Below are positions 1-13,083 of a DNA stretch of 64,000 nt, one piece after another (the first letter of the stretch is position 1; every line of letters starts with the position of its first letter). Position numbers and translations under genes: made by a program. The notes beneath the pieces are model-generated. The model was not told where the DNA came from. It was given only the letters and a program-made list of their open reading frames with translations, and made no database searches. Source of the DNA: Lophium mytilinum (taxonomy: Eukaryota); assembly GCA_010093605.1 (NCBI GenBank), contig MU004183.1, positions 1,116,001-1,180,000 on the forward strand, read 5' to 3'.

Positions 1-153
1 GCACTGGAATCTGAAACCCTACAAGGTCAAACAGCCACCCGCATCGTTGGCGCCGCCAAACAACTCGTCACAACCGCCGGCTTAGACGCAAACCAGCTAC
101 TCGCAAATCTATCACCGGAAACACAGCAGACAGTGCGAGCTTTCTTTGGCTAG
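1..153 (+). CDS. 3' end of importin beta-3 / karyopherin Kap121(Pse1)-like gene (partial)
   Basis: Frame 1 reads ALESETLQGQTATRIVGAAKQLVTTAGLDANQLLANLSPETQQTVRAFFG*, which resembles the C-terminus of filamentous-fungal importin beta-3 as I recall it; TAG at 151-153. Confidence 0.65.
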   Translation, partial: ALESETLQGQTATRIVGAAKQLVTTAGLDANQLLANLSPETQQTVRAFFG

Positions 154-1258
154 ACGGCATCTTTTAGCTCTTATACCCATCTGAAGCAGCGGCCAAATGT
201 CGAGACGAGTTGGAAACGAATCATGGACGGATTGACGAGTGATGTCGGCTGGGTCGGGTAGATGGATGGGTCGGGTCGGAGCATCTTTGGGATCGGGGCG
301 GGCATTCTGGAATGTTTACTGTACTTTCCTTCTTTCCTGCACTAAACTGAGCTTAGACAACCTATTCGATATCTTGGACAAAATCTTCTCATGTGTGGGT
401 TTTAGCTAGTAAAACTAATTCTACCTTTAGCGCTTCGGCCGGTTAACGATCGATCGTCTTTACCTTGACAAACCTTGCCTTTCCTATTGGATCTTGGAGG
501 ATATGTCTGAGGTCGCCTATACAATAGCGTTTCAACTTTTATTGCATCTATCACTGACTTCATCTACGATGTGCAACAGTTGACATGTTATCTAGATGAT
601 GGGAATACTACTGGCGCCCTCCCAGACCCAATGTACCCAAATTCCTCAGCCTGATTCAAGGGTTTACATGTTGTCCAGATTTTTGAGGGTCCATTGAAGC
701 AACTCCAGGCTGTACAGATCAATCGAAACGTAAGGTCGTCGCCAGCAACCTATTCAAGACGTGAGAAGCATTCCCAGTCGTCGAGCTCCGAAGTGCCTTA
801 CTAGGGGCACCTCCGGACGTTGCAATTAGGTGCTGAAATCAACTTAAACCACTGATTCTTGTTCCATCATACATCTTGATCGGCTAATGCTCATTCATTT
901 ACGGCTTGATCGTTTCTATAGCTGTCGAATAATGGCACCCAATATATTTCGTGTCCGACTACATAGATCAACTTCTAGCATTTGACCCAACCAGGTTTTT
1001 GTCAAGACTTTTGTCTCCTAGCTTTCAAAGTCAGAGATTCATCCATACGATCCGCGGATAACAAAATACCATTTTCCAGCCAACTCCACGGTCTATGCAA
1101 AAGACATCCTCCCACGTCACATGAAGACGACTTGAATCCAGTCAGCCGATCTAAGGTATCCCTCCAAAGTCAAAATAACTCCAGAACTCCAACCATGAGC
1201 CAGATGGTAGGTAGCATGCCAAAACTGTAATCTCCAAACCAAAAAAATGCTTTTGAAC

Positions 1259-2839
1259 TCATCTGATATCGAGTTGAAACGGTTTAAACTTCCCGCCGAT
1301 GGCACCACATTGTGGACATCGTGAGATGCGTCCTCGGCTCTGTGCGCTTACTAATACGTCGACGCAGTCTTGACACAGCCCACATATGCATTCTGTGCAA
1401 GCATAGCTTTCCTTGAGAATGGACAGTCGGCGGCAAGCTGCACAGTATATCTGTACAGGTTGCAGGAACATGGGGGAAGAATCCGAGAGACCCTGGGCGG
1501 TCATGTGGAAATTCTGACCAGACTGAATTGACTCAATCGACGATTCGACGGAAGGGAATGGCTGAAGGTCGTTGTGTTCCGGCAGCGGCGGCGGCGTCAG
1601 CGTGTTCTGCAATGGAGATGCAGTGTAGGATTGGAACTGAGACGCAATGTATGGGGGCAGGGACGCTCGGTTAAGCAAGTGTGGGGAGTGGTGGGGCGAG
1701 CCAGGTATCTGGGAATTATGGTCAGATATAAGCTTTCAACGGGGGAATAAATATGTAGGACTTACAGGCGTAAGGTCTCGGCTGTCCTCTTCGGTTGCTG
1801 AAGCTGCTGCGTCAATCAGATCCTCCCACCTCTTGCCGTATATAGCTGCAGCCGTCTGTGGCTCGGCCGAGAATGCCTTCCTGTCATGGCTCATTCTGCG
1901 AGCGTGCTCTTTGGATTTTGTTCGTTCATGCTTTGGCTTGCGAGCATTCTGTCCTACAGAGTTTTTGCGGGGTCGGTTAGGTTTTATAGAGCGAGGAATA
2001 GGAGGGAGCGTCGATGAGCGGCCGGGAGGAGACCGCGCTAACGACGAAGGCAGTAGCTCTCGCTGTAGTGCAGCTGAAGTATAGTATGGTTCGTCAGCAT
2101 TGAAGTGTTGTTCCTGGGTGGTGGGTGCAAATCGCGCTCGAGGCTTATAGACCTTCGACTCGGGCTCGGAGTAGGCATCCTATAGCAGCAAACGAGTTAG
2201 CTGTGTATAGTCAGTGCTTTGGGAGATTTCATACTGGTTCGGAGTCCCAATCGAAGTCTGGACGATGCGTGTGCAGTGCTGCTAGTGCTGCTGCTGCGCT
2301 TGCGGCGGGTAGTAACGAACCTCGACGCATCTCGTCCGAGGTCCGCGGCGTGGTGGAGCTGTAGCCATCGTTGTAGAAGGCATTGATGTCATTGGCATAA
2401 CCTTGCTTGCTTGTCAACCGTCTGGCAGTGTTGAGAGGAGGCCATATACGGACCTAACGGGCCTCCGGACGACGCATTTGGCGGTGGTGGGGGAGGTCGC
2501 TCCGAAGGTGGAGTGTTGACCATCAATGTAAAGCTCTCCTCGGTCGCTGGCAGCTTTGAGATGTAGTGCTCAGGATGCGCACGGCGGATGTGCTCCTGCA
2601 TGGAGCGATATCGTTTCTCCTGCGCGGCACAAATTGGTTACTCCAAATGCTTGAGGGTCATGCTTGAATGCCAATGACGTGCGAAACAGCAGAAAGCAGT
2701 GAGAGAGCTTTAAGGGAGCACTCACGCCGGTGCAGCGCTTCCTACAACCCGACCCATCGTGGTTCTTCAGCGGACACACGACGACGTTGTTCTCATCCGA
2801 CACGGAGAAGGAGGAGGTCAGGGAGGCGCGAGGCGGCAT
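1259..2839 (-). CDS. Conserved fungal zinc-finger protein (N-terminal C2H2-like finger, C-terminal RING-like Cys cluster), multi-exon
   Basis: Spliced MPPRASLTSSFS...CPLKNHDGSGCRKRCTG|EKRYRSMQEHIRRAHPEH; C-terminal CAACRR...CTECICGLCQDC...CPQC; GT-AG intron 2620-2725 and further introns. Confidence 0.8.
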
Positions 2840-4513
2840 AGCAAAGCTTGCTGCCGCACGGACGGGCCCTGTGGCGGGGCGATGCAGTGCAAAGGTGGAG
2901 GGTGGTTGCAGGACAGCAGATTGAACAGCACAGCTCGCAGGAGCGGACTCCGGGAGCTCAAGGGAAGGTGGATGGTGCAGCACAAGCTTCAAGCTTCAAG
3001 CTTCAAAAGGAGCCGGGAATGTGGGCAGATGGTGAGGGGAGAGGCGGAGGGCTTGGTGGGGTAGGTTGCTACCGGGGGCTCACAGCTGAAGCTCCAGCGC
3101 GCCCAATTGCCGTCGACAATTAGCATATTCAGGCTGCTCGTTACCACCAACTCTGCGTGCGAGCTGTGCCTGACAGCTGTTTCAGCGCACGCTGCCCTTC
3201 TTCCTTAAAACAGTGTCCGCGCCGCCGTTGGGCAACATCGCAGGTCGAGGGCGAGCTGCGTCTGGCAAGCAGCTTGAAAGAACAAACAAAGGCTCGAGGA
3301 CTCCGGGCTTCGCCGAGGCCGCGTCCAAAGTCGGAGCTACCATGCGCCTGGTATACAGCTCGTTGGTCGCCTTGTTATTTTACGCTCGCAGTCGTCGTGG
3401 GACAACTCAGAAATGGACCGTGCACAACACTTCAACACCATTACCCCTCAAGGTTAACTTTCTACGACCAAACCTTGCAGATGGTTAGATCGGCTGCTTG
3501 GGTATATTCGTGTGAAATTTCAACCTGGTGCGGTGTTTGACCGTGTAGATAAATGTCAGTGACCACAATTCAGCGAAAGGGCCGACTTAGTCAGCACATG
3601 TCCCGCCAACTGGAATTCTGTCTGACCTGAAGTAGATGCAACGTTAGCTTGAGCCAGGGCGCGGAGTTAGAGGGGTTCCGCAAGGGGCTTGCATTAGCAG
3701 GTTTGTGGTCGACTCTCTTGTGCTTCCATGGGTCGCTCCAGAGCTGACGAAGAGCACACGTTAGCTGAGCTTGAGTCGTGCGTCGCCGCGTAGGGTTCAG
3801 CTGAGTTGAACCTCGGGAGGCAAATCTTGGAACGCTGGACTGTTCTCCAAGGACCTTGGAGTAACTCGGCTTGGCGCTTGGAATGTAGTCCAATCCGTGC
3901 TCCTCTGGCTGCCGCATGCAGGCGGCCATGATGAAAGCACGGCAGATGGGGCCAATAGTGGTGGAATCCGTTGCCGGGATGAGGCGTTTCGTTGTTTCGG
4001 CCCGCCAATTCACGACTTCGACAGAAGGGGCAGCCATTATTGGGTCCGTGAGCCGCTTGGTGATGCTTGAGGAGGGTGCCGCCAGAGCCAAAGCTGGATA
4101 CGACATCGAGGAGGTCGAGATAGACTCAAACAGCGCGGAGACGCGGCAAGGCGTCCCCAAGACTCTGCAGCGGCGTCTTTAAGGCGGGAGGCGTCTGCTC
4201 GTCAGCATGCTGAACGCTGCATATTTTTAACTTTCTTCCCACGGATCTCGCGCCGCCCTGCTGCTCGTTTCCACTCCCCTCTTCCGGGCGTTTCACATCG
4301 CCTCCAGCTGCCGTCCCGCCGGTGTGGCGCCCAAAGCCTTCATCCCCGGGGCCTCAGATGGCAAGTCGACGCTGCATCTCCAGCCCTGTGCAGGCTCGAG
4401 TGTCCCTTTCTGTTGCCCCCGGCCAGTCTCCGACTTCACTTATCCCCTCTCTCGCTCCCGCTTATCTGCATGGCCTGTTTCCACCTTTCAAGTCTCCCTC
4501 TGCGTGAGAAGAC

Positions 4514-5596
4514 ATGTCGTTGACTGTGAAAGCCTTAAACGGTGATACAAGCTTCCTCCTCACATTCTCGCCTCCTGTTGCACCGCTCTCGTCCCCAGGT
4601 CTCTTCCCTGGATCTTTCACTCTGCTCATAGACCCGTTCCTGTGCGGCTCAGCCAAGATCCTCAGCTCCAAGTTCTCCATATCAAAGCATATAACCAAGC
4701 CATGTATAGACTCATTGACGGAGCTAGACCAAGAGCCCGATATCATCTTGATATCTCAAGATAAGCCCGACCATTGCCACGAGGAAACGCTCCGCCAGCT
4801 TCCGCCAGATTGCCAGTCTACTATACTTGCGAGTCCTGCTGCCGCGAGGAAGATTCGAGGATGGCAGCACTTCGCACCAAGTCAGGTGCTCTCCATGGAC
4901 AGATTCTCGGAATCAGACCAGTCTTCGATCTTTCGTATGACACTACCAGCCTTTTCTCCAAGAGGCTCCCCAGGTGAAGTGACCGTAGCGTTCATGCCCG
5001 CTAGAAGGGACATATCCGGTTTGCATAACGCTGTGGGCGTGACGTATCGGCCGCCATGTAGTGTTCTGTCTGCCTCTCTAGGATCTTATATGGACCTACC
5101 TCCGACTCCGCCAGCATCACCTCGCTCGCCGAGAACCATCTCAGCTGGCCCTCGTACCATCGTGCCGTCCCCATACAATGACAGAGAGAAGACGGTGTCG
5201 GTGTTATACTCTCCACACGGCGTATCCTACGAGATCATCCGGCCATACGCATCATCCCATCTCGTCTCCGAGTCCGCCCTCCCCCTGGATCTCCTCATGC
5301 ACTCCTTCGACCGTGTCACCAACCCAATCTACCTTGGGGGCAACATCGCAGCCGGCTCGCCTGGCGGTGTGGAAATTGCCCGTAATCTCCTCGCCAAGGC
5401 ATGGATCAGCGCTCACGATGCCGACAAGATCAACAAGGGGGTATCTGTGAAGCAAATCCGGATGCGGAAGTTTGGCCTGGATGAAATCAAGAGGATGCTT
5501 GTTGGCGGAGATAAATTGCCGGGGCCTAGCGTGTCCATCCAGACGAACGTCGTTAGCCTTCCTGCAGGCGAGGAGTTCCGCATCGAGAGGGGATGA
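4514..5596 (+). CDS. Metallo-beta-lactamase-fold (beta-lactamase B-like) protein, intronless, 360 aa
   Basis: LNGDTSFLL, LLIDPFL, PDIILISQDKPDHCHEETL and WISAHD motifs. Confidence 0.75.
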   Translation: MSLTVKALNGDTSFLLTFSPPVAPLSSPGLFPGSFTLLIDPFLCGSAKILSSKFSISKHITKPCIDSLTELDQEPDIILISQDKPDHCHEETLRQLPPDCQSTILASPAAARKIRGWQHFAPSQVLSMDRFSESDQSSIFRMTLPAFSPRGSPGEVTVAFMPARRDISGLHNAVGVTYRPPCSVLSASLGSYMDLPPTPPASPRSPRTISAGPRTIVPSPYNDREKTVSVLYSPHGVSYEIIRPYASSHLVSESALPLDLLMHSFDRVTNPIYLGGNIAAGSPGGVEIARNLLAKAWISAHDADKINKGVSVKQIRMRKFGLDEIKRMLVGGDKLPGPSVSIQTNVVSLPAGEEFRIERG

Positions 5597-6402
5597 AGCA
5601 ATATGTCAACGCGACACATGTTCTCGAGCCTACCATACGTGGAAGATACACGAGGCCACGTAAGGATTCATTTTTGACCACTATATCATAATCTCGACCG
5701 ATCCGACCCGTCCAACCCATTCTTTTCATCCATCACAACCGCCACCACTCCAACCAGTTTTGCCAGCACAAAGTGCGGAATTCTTCTTCATACCCCCGGA
5801 CAAGCCGAGGCATACAATGAAAAATGGGTGGTTGCTTTATGCCGAAGCAAACGCGCAACCAAGCGCCAGACCACGCAATAAACCATTGCACATGCGGCAC
5901 CAGAGGGCGAGTCTGGTGTGCATGGTCTGAGTAAGGAATCGAACCTTGAATGTCGCAGTCCCAGATGCCAGAAGGCAGAGAGAGGCGGTTGTCACGCTAT
6001 TTCCCAGGGGAGACGCGGAACGTGCCACCGGCACGACCGATCGGCATCCTTTGACCAGACGTGAGGGAGCGCTGGGCAGGTTAGCAGTGGTGATGAGGAT
6101 GGTGATGCGGATGACTTACGACGCCCATGAAGGAGAAAGGAAGAGGACAGCAGGCGGACGGGAAGATATAGGGAGTGTGCGTTGCTGAGTAAGGGGTTCC
6201 GTAGGACTGTGAGACCTATCAGGCGTCTGGACAGGTTCAACCATGGATCACTTGATGGAATAGGAACAGGCACATACTCGGGAACATCTAGATATCCAAT
6301 TAAAACAGGATCGATGCGAATTCATTCACAAGCATCAATGCATGACAAGTCTCTTTGAAAGCTTCATACTCTATGCCGAATATATACATGACCTCACTGC
6401 CT

Positions 6403-7367
6403 CTAATGCCCCTTGAACACCGGCTTCCGCTTCTCCCGAAACGCAACCAGCGCCTCGTCCCTATCTTTCGTCTTCACAACAACCTCATACATCGCATTCT
6501 CCGCCGTCTCGCCTCCAGCACACCCCTCCACTGCCTTCAGCGCCGCGTTTATAGCAATTGGCCCACCCTCACAAATCTCCCTCGCCAACTTGACCGCCTC
6601 CTCCAGCACCCGCTTCCGCGCCACCCCCGCCTCGCCCGCCTCTTCCGCTCGCACCTCTACCAGCCGGTCGCACAGTCCAAGGAAGTACGCCTCGCTCGCG
6701 GCAACCCGCCGGCCCGTGAGGATCATGTCGCGGGCGCGGGAGAGTCCAATAACGCCGGGCAGGCGGTAGGTCCCGCCGGCGCCGGGGATGATGCCGAGGC
6801 GGGTTTCGGGGAGGGCTACGATGGTGTTGGAGGCGAAAATGCGGAGGTGGGTAGTTAGGGCGAGCTCGAGGCCACCTCCAAACGCGGGTGCAGCGAGGGC
6901 GGAGATGGTGGGAATGGGGAGGGCGGCGATGGAGGCGAAGGTGCCGCGGAGGGATGTGAGGAAGTTCTTAGTGCTAGAGGAAGGGTGAGTGGAAGTTCGG
7001 AGGCTGGAGAGAGAAGACGGGCGTACTCTTCTGCGGTGAAGCCTGCCCGCTCTTTTAGATCAGCACCGGCGCAGAAGCTCGAGTCGACTTCACTAGCGAG
7101 GATCAGGGCTCTCGTTGAGCCCGATCCTCCTTCATCGTGAATGCTCGTGATGTGGTGGTTCAATTCAGCGAGCAATTGCTTCGAGATGGCATTGCGGGCT
7201 GCTGGGCGGTTTAGAGAGAGGATACGGATGCTCCCGCAGTGGGGGGCGGGGACACTGGTGACGTTGATCACCGGTGAGGCGGCTGGCGTGGAGTAGGCAT
7301 GTCGCTGTAGCTGCCTGAGCAGTATGTGGGCGCGAAAAGCAGGTCTGGGGGTGAGAGACGGAGACAT
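6403..7367 (-). CDS. Mitochondrial enoyl-CoA hydratase / methylglutaconyl-CoA hydratase-like (crotonase family)
   Basis: LNRPAARNAIS, FCAGADLKER, GGGLELAL, LPETRLGIIPGAGGT, FREKRKPVFKG; one intron ~6974-7026; Arg-rich presequence. Confidence 0.92.
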
Positions 7368-7705
7368 GGTGGTGAGGTGCAGCTCGAAATCCAGGGCCGC
7401 TTTCTCCACGACTCGGCAATTCGCGGCGAGCATCTTCACATCTTCACCGAGGGCGCAACCACCGTGCCACCCCTCTCCACCCTTGCTCCCTTAACCTGCA
7501 CAGGGTCTGCGGCCTGATCTAGAACGATATTGACCTGGCTGAGGGTCATTAACCGTATTCAACGCGTCGCCGAAGTCTCCCTCACGCGTCCTCCAACGTG
7601 TTTTCTTGATCTACTGCTTCAGATTGAAAACCATCAGATAATACGACGCTCCGACTGCTATTCAATTCCAGCTTCGACCGAGAGCTACTAATCTCGCTAC
7701 TGATA

Positions 7706-9242
7706 ATGGACCTACACGTGAGAGCTTGCAAGCCACTGGCTTCGGACAGAGGGTCAATCACCACCCTTCCTGTGGAGCTTTTGAGACTTATTGTTGGCCA
7801 TCTGGTGCCTGCGTGGAACATTTACCGGGTTGAAGAGAGAGCTAATCGTCAATTCGCACGGCTTGGCTCTAAGGAAAACCTCAAGAATGCAAACCTATCC
7901 CATTCCTGCTTTCGCCAATGGGTCCCAGAGTTCTTATTCCAGGACATGATCTTGAACATCCTATTACCTGGAATGTCTTCTCAACTCGAACGCCTATTGA
8001 TTGACCCTCTGGGTGCAAAGGTATCCAAGTATATCAGAAGCGTACAAGTGCAGGCACGTTAGATTACTCTGGCCACCACACTCGCCTAAACAAGCATTAA
8101 TCGTGAGGCTGCAGGTACCGCCCGCTATGCAAGCCGACTTCCGTTACGAAAGAGGGGTTTTTACCTTAGAAGACAACACGAAGATCAAGCTCTGCAATCA
8201 GCTTGGAGTCAAGAAAGTGGAAGACTTGACAGTCGAGCAGAAGGACTTCTGCGAGCAGTATCACGCCTACATGGTACAGCCTTTTCCCGACGACCCGCGC
8301 TGGTCCAGCCTGGCCTCTTTCGCCTACTCTTCTTGCAAGACGGTCTTACCTGTCCTTCCAAAGCTGGAGCACGTAGGGTGTGGCATCTGTCTTCCCGAGG
8401 ACTTTCCTACTCCAACATCAACCAATAGCTTTGTCAAGCGCTGGAGGAACAGTGTTGCCGCCGTCAACCCTGTCTATATCTATGACTTCGACGTCAACCT
8501 TGCTTGGATCAGCGGCATAGCACTACACTCTGTGCCCTTGCACGTCAAATCACTTGGTATGTCAGCGGCGAATCTCGCCACTCTCTCAAGTATGGTGACC
8601 GTAAATCGCATTCTTTCTACCATATGCAACATCCATAAGTTATCGCAGAACCCAGTTCATCGCGTAGGAACTATGGCCGTCACAGAACTCTCGCTCACTA
8701 TTGGTGGAATTCGAGGCACTCATGGTATCGATACGTGGGCCGGGAATACTGGCAGCATTGGAATGGTGAAATACTGGGCAGATGCGATCAATTTGCTCCC
8801 AAATCTCACATATCTTGCACTTGTTGGAGACAGAATGGAACTTCCCGGTGCCGAACAGATGAGCAACGACTTGGATCACGGCTGGATGACTTGGCTGTTC
8901 CGTTCCCTAGTGTCGTTGCGCCACCTCGAGAGCTTCAGCCTATATTATTTCACTATTACTCCTGAGACAATACCGCAGGTCTTCCAATCGATGTCAGAAT
9001 CTCTTCGCCATGTTTCGTTCCGTGATGTCTCCATTGATCTAGAGGATTCCAAGCACAACCACGCAAAACTCGGAAGCTGGAGTGAGCAGGTCGCCTGGCT
9101 GACGAAGCGCTTCCAATCTGCCAGGGTGATCATGAAGGGGTACCATATAGGAGAATTTTACACGAACGATAAAACCGACTCCAAAGATTACCCCGAGAGC
9201 CGTGCAGCTTTGGCGAAGCTTGGTGTGGAGTTTGAGGAGTGA
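7706..9242 (+). CDS. Hypothetical protein with F-box-like N-terminus (LPVELLRLIVGHL) and LRR-like C-terminus, 2 exons
   Basis: ORFs 7706-8062 and 8001-9242 are joined in frame by an intron ending at CAG 8114 (donor 8054 or 8021). Confidence 0.7.
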
Positions 9243-9499
9243 CTGGTGGGAACTGGTCATGATGGTGGAACATCTGGCTGCTACGCACACGAATAGCGTA
9301 CATATCCTACCCTTCGTGTTTCTTTCTTCTTTTCGTTCTGTATCTGCTCATACGTCCCTAGAGAGCCCCCGGCTAGTCGTGTTTAAGCACTTGAGAAAGA
9401 CTAATCCAGGCAATATAAGCGCATCACAATATAAATATCAATCCGTCATGAGTCTATGCTCATGCTCTAGTACTGCACGTAACTTCTAATTGTTTTTCA

Positions 9500-10130
9500 C
9501 ACATCATCGCATTTCAGTAACAGCCGGCTGAATCTGAGCTGTCACCCCATATCAACTAGATACCGCGCCGTTTTGAAATGCCCCTGATGAGTTTCCTGCT
9601 TCTCCAAAGCGTGAACATCTCATCTCGTCCAGCCTCCCAAATTAGGTTTTCAAACATCGTGAAGCTAGTCGTTGAAACTACTGTGCTGTCTCTGCTGTCT
9701 CATTCGTTGCTCGACGTCGTAGACTTGGCCTCGCTTTTGACGTTTGTGATTCAACTTTGTTGTGACTTTAGGATTTGCTTCAACGGAGTGTTGAGTTTGA
9801 TCGACAAGCAATTTTTTGTGATACGAGGAATCCGATCTATAATTATTCTATTGCGTATCGCAGCAACACGGTTTAGGGATGCTCTTGTAAGTTCTGGCAA
9901 AATGGTCAATATGCATTCTCTACGCATTATCAACCTGGTCGTTGGATGAGAATTGAATGTGATATTATATTTCTGCCACTAGGTTCCTGGAGAAGAAGTC
10001 GACGTCGCACTTGGATCTCTATGTAGTGCCTATGTGGTTTTTGATCATTTTCGGCGCCTCAAAGCTGAGTTTTGGGAGCGCCGCTGATGCACTTGCGCTT
10101 GACGAGGTCGAGTTGTGCTGGTGGGTGATA
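9500..10130 (-). pseudogene. Possible decayed coding sequence
   Basis: One minus-strand frame reads protein-like (KCDVDFFSRNLVAEI*YHIQF...HFKTARYLVDMG*) with several in-frame stops; no recognisable family. Confidence 0.3.
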
Positions 10131-11298
10131 ATGCTGTATTGGTAGGTTGAGCCGCACTTTTGGACAAAGCTTTTCAGTTTATGATATACCGGGGGATGTA
10201 ACTTATTGTGCTAGTAGCATGTGTTGCTTCATAGGTTAAGAAAGTATATTTGTCTCTTTTTGTAGATATATGGTGCTAGCCTCCCTGTTCTCTCATATTC
10301 GCTTTTCTGACAATTCGTCCTTCTTTCTAACTCGTTCGCCACTTTGAATTTGTGATATTATGATGTGAAGTTGAGGATTGACATCGGTAAGAGCTTGACT
10401 TAGAAATCGCTCTAAGGTGTTCCTCAAGGGAGCAAAGACATCGTAGAGCTAACCTGCCCGCTCAGTCTTATTCCGAGTTATATGGAATCAATAAACTGGA
10501 CGACCTGTGCACTGAAGACTGTTCCATGAAAGCAGGAGACCTTACATTGACCTGTCCGAGATCAATCACTGCGCTTTCCGACAAGCGTGGAACCGACAAG
10601 CTCCGAAGGCAGTCGCGAGCTGAGCGCAGAAGTAAAATAATCCGACTCGTAGGGATGAACTCACCTGCAGTCGAACCAGCAGATATACTCACGCTTGTTG
10701 ATATATTACCGCATTCCTCTACGCATGCATAATTGACGACTACTTCCTACCAGATATACGATTGCTACGAAGGCATATAGGAACCTTTGCGCATCATCTC
10801 ACTCTTCGGACTATGTGCTGGCCTTTCTCAAGACTCCGACACAGCGAGAAGGCGCAACAGATTGCTTGTGTCACGGAAGAACCAGCACCAAGACTGGAGC
10901 TGCTGTGGAAGGCTAAGGGCGAGGGCTCTACGCATCTGAGAATCGACGAATTGTTCGACAACGGTATCACGTTTCCGGCGAAAGCAAGGCTCTCGAAAGG
11001 TGTGTCGTTATATCTATAGAGATCTTGGTGATCGGTTCTGACCACGGCCACAACTGCTAGAATCGAGCTCAGAGACAGCTGATCGACGGCGAAGCAAGTT
11101 CAAAGAGAATCTCACGGATCATGGCATCGCGGAAAAGACAGTCAGTCTACGCTTCTGTGTATTTCAAAGGAAGTGACACGCTGATCGAACTTAGACATCA
11201 TGAATCTCACGAAGCTTGCGCGCAACGACAAACCTCGAAATTCTCTTTGGCCCCCACATCCGCCTACTTTACAAGCACCAGCGTTACGACCCCGCTGC

Positions 11299-12617
11299 TT
11301 ACTCCACTCCAGCTTCGTCTTCTCTCTGTACGGGCGTTGCTGCCTTCGGCGGACCTCCAGCCCTTGGTGGCCCACCGATCTTTGGAGGTGGAGGCACAGA
11401 TCCAGCTCTCGCTGATGGCGCATAATCTTGCTCCTTGCTTTTCTCCTCCCCTTCTTTGAAATAGTCGTCCAAACCTGCGCTCGGCGACGCAAACGCATGG
11501 TGCGCTCGACCTTTCTTTGGCTTTCCGGTAGGGGACGGCGCGGGAGGAGGGGATTTGGATTGGAACTGCATATTAGCTGGAACAAGGAAGTCTGATATTG
11601 GTGGCTGGAGAGGAGCAGAATTAGGAGCTGCGTGTGATGCTGAAGATGTAGGCCGTTGCTCATCGAAAGCAGAGTCGGTGGAGAAGAGGGTTTCGCCAGG
11701 CCCATGTGGAGGCTCTTCCAGGGGTGCGGGGATACGATGGAGAGCGCCAAAGCCTAGGACACAACCAAGGGCTCCCTCACCACCCCAGGTGCGTGTGGGA
11801 GTGATGGTGACTGGCCTCGTGACATTGTATTCGTGGTTGTAAACGAACAGGCGGAGCGGGCGATTCATGTACTGTTTTGGGTCAGCAAATTCTATTGAAT
11901 TTGTCTGAAAATCAGAGTGAATAAGAAGCCCGTATGCCCACATTCCTCCTGCGCTATGACAGTTGTGGAGACGTGGTGAAGAACCGAGTATATAGCACTA
12001 GCGAACGGAGAGTAGAAACACAGATAAAACCTACATCTTCAACTAACTCACCTAGTCCGGATTCACCACGGACTAAGCCTTCAGGACTACCGATGACATA
12101 GTCACCATACGGAAGTAGGCCAGCAGTATCTGCGGGAGAATTGGGAATGACATCAAGTATGTGCCAGACATCTTCGGTTGCTGACAGAGGGGTCCATTGC
12201 AGTGATAATCCCAGCTTCTCTGCTGGCACCGGGAAGAACACCTCCCGTATTTTCTGGCCCTACAACCCGTACATTAGGGTATAGTATTTTTAGGCGACCC
12301 TCCATGCTTACCTTGGCGCTGAACAGTCCTAAACTGATAGTTGAGCCAGCGCAGTTGTGGACTTCTGCGGCAAAGAGATTGGGATCGGGATTGTCCTAAT
12401 AATGGGAGTTAAATACATGGTAACATCTACTTGAAATTACAATTCTTACAATAGTCCTCCCATTGATGCCGATAATGAAGTCAAACCAAGGCTCCAGGGG
12501 TATCTCAGTGTTGGTGTTGCGCAAGACCTGGAACCCGAATGCGCCCTGTATGCTTGAGCCTTGCTCGCGCGGACCGTCGTCGAGGCGGGCGATGAATCTA
12601 TTGAGCGCTCCAAACAT
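11299..12617 (-). CDS. GRH1: Golgi reassembly stacking protein (GRASP55/65, Grh1)
   Basis: MFGALNRFIARLD, GFQVLRN, EPWFDFIIGING, WHILDVIPNSPADTAGLLPYGDYVIG, WGGEGALGCVLGFGALHRIP; introns including 11872-12034. Confidence 0.93.
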
Positions 12618-13083
12618 GGTTCCAAAGATTGATGGAGGTGCAAGCAATGAAGCTTCGGTGCCAGGTGTTGGAATCTCGTCTGTTGTTGTGGCCATAGCTT
12701 CTGTGGCTGATGCCGCTACTTTGTCCCTCGAGATTCCGCTTTGCAAAATATACGAGAGACGACTCAAAGTGTGCAAGAAGTATGGTTGTCTTTGTTCAAG
12801 TCTGAGAATCCCTAGGTAAAGACACAGATTTACACACTTGTCAATATTGCTCTCGTGCAAACGATTCACATACACAGCTCAGGCGCGGTTCCGAACGAAG
12901 TTAGACCACCCGCATTTTAACGGCCCCAACTCGAACTGAAACCTCATGCGCCCATCCCTGCCGACCCGTAGGCAAAGACAAAGACAATTATATAAAGAGA
13001 GGAGACGCAGGGAACAAACGATACTATCTATCGATGAGGGTGGGATAGCAACGATCTTCGAGGGTGCTCACCAGCAGCTTTAC

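Noticed and set aside
399..457. Cluster of short palindromes (GTTTTA..TAAAAC, AGCGCT, CGGCCG, GTTAAC, ACGATCGATCGT) resembling a polylinker
   Set aside because: No vector context and no extended structure; consistent with chance in a 3' intergenic region
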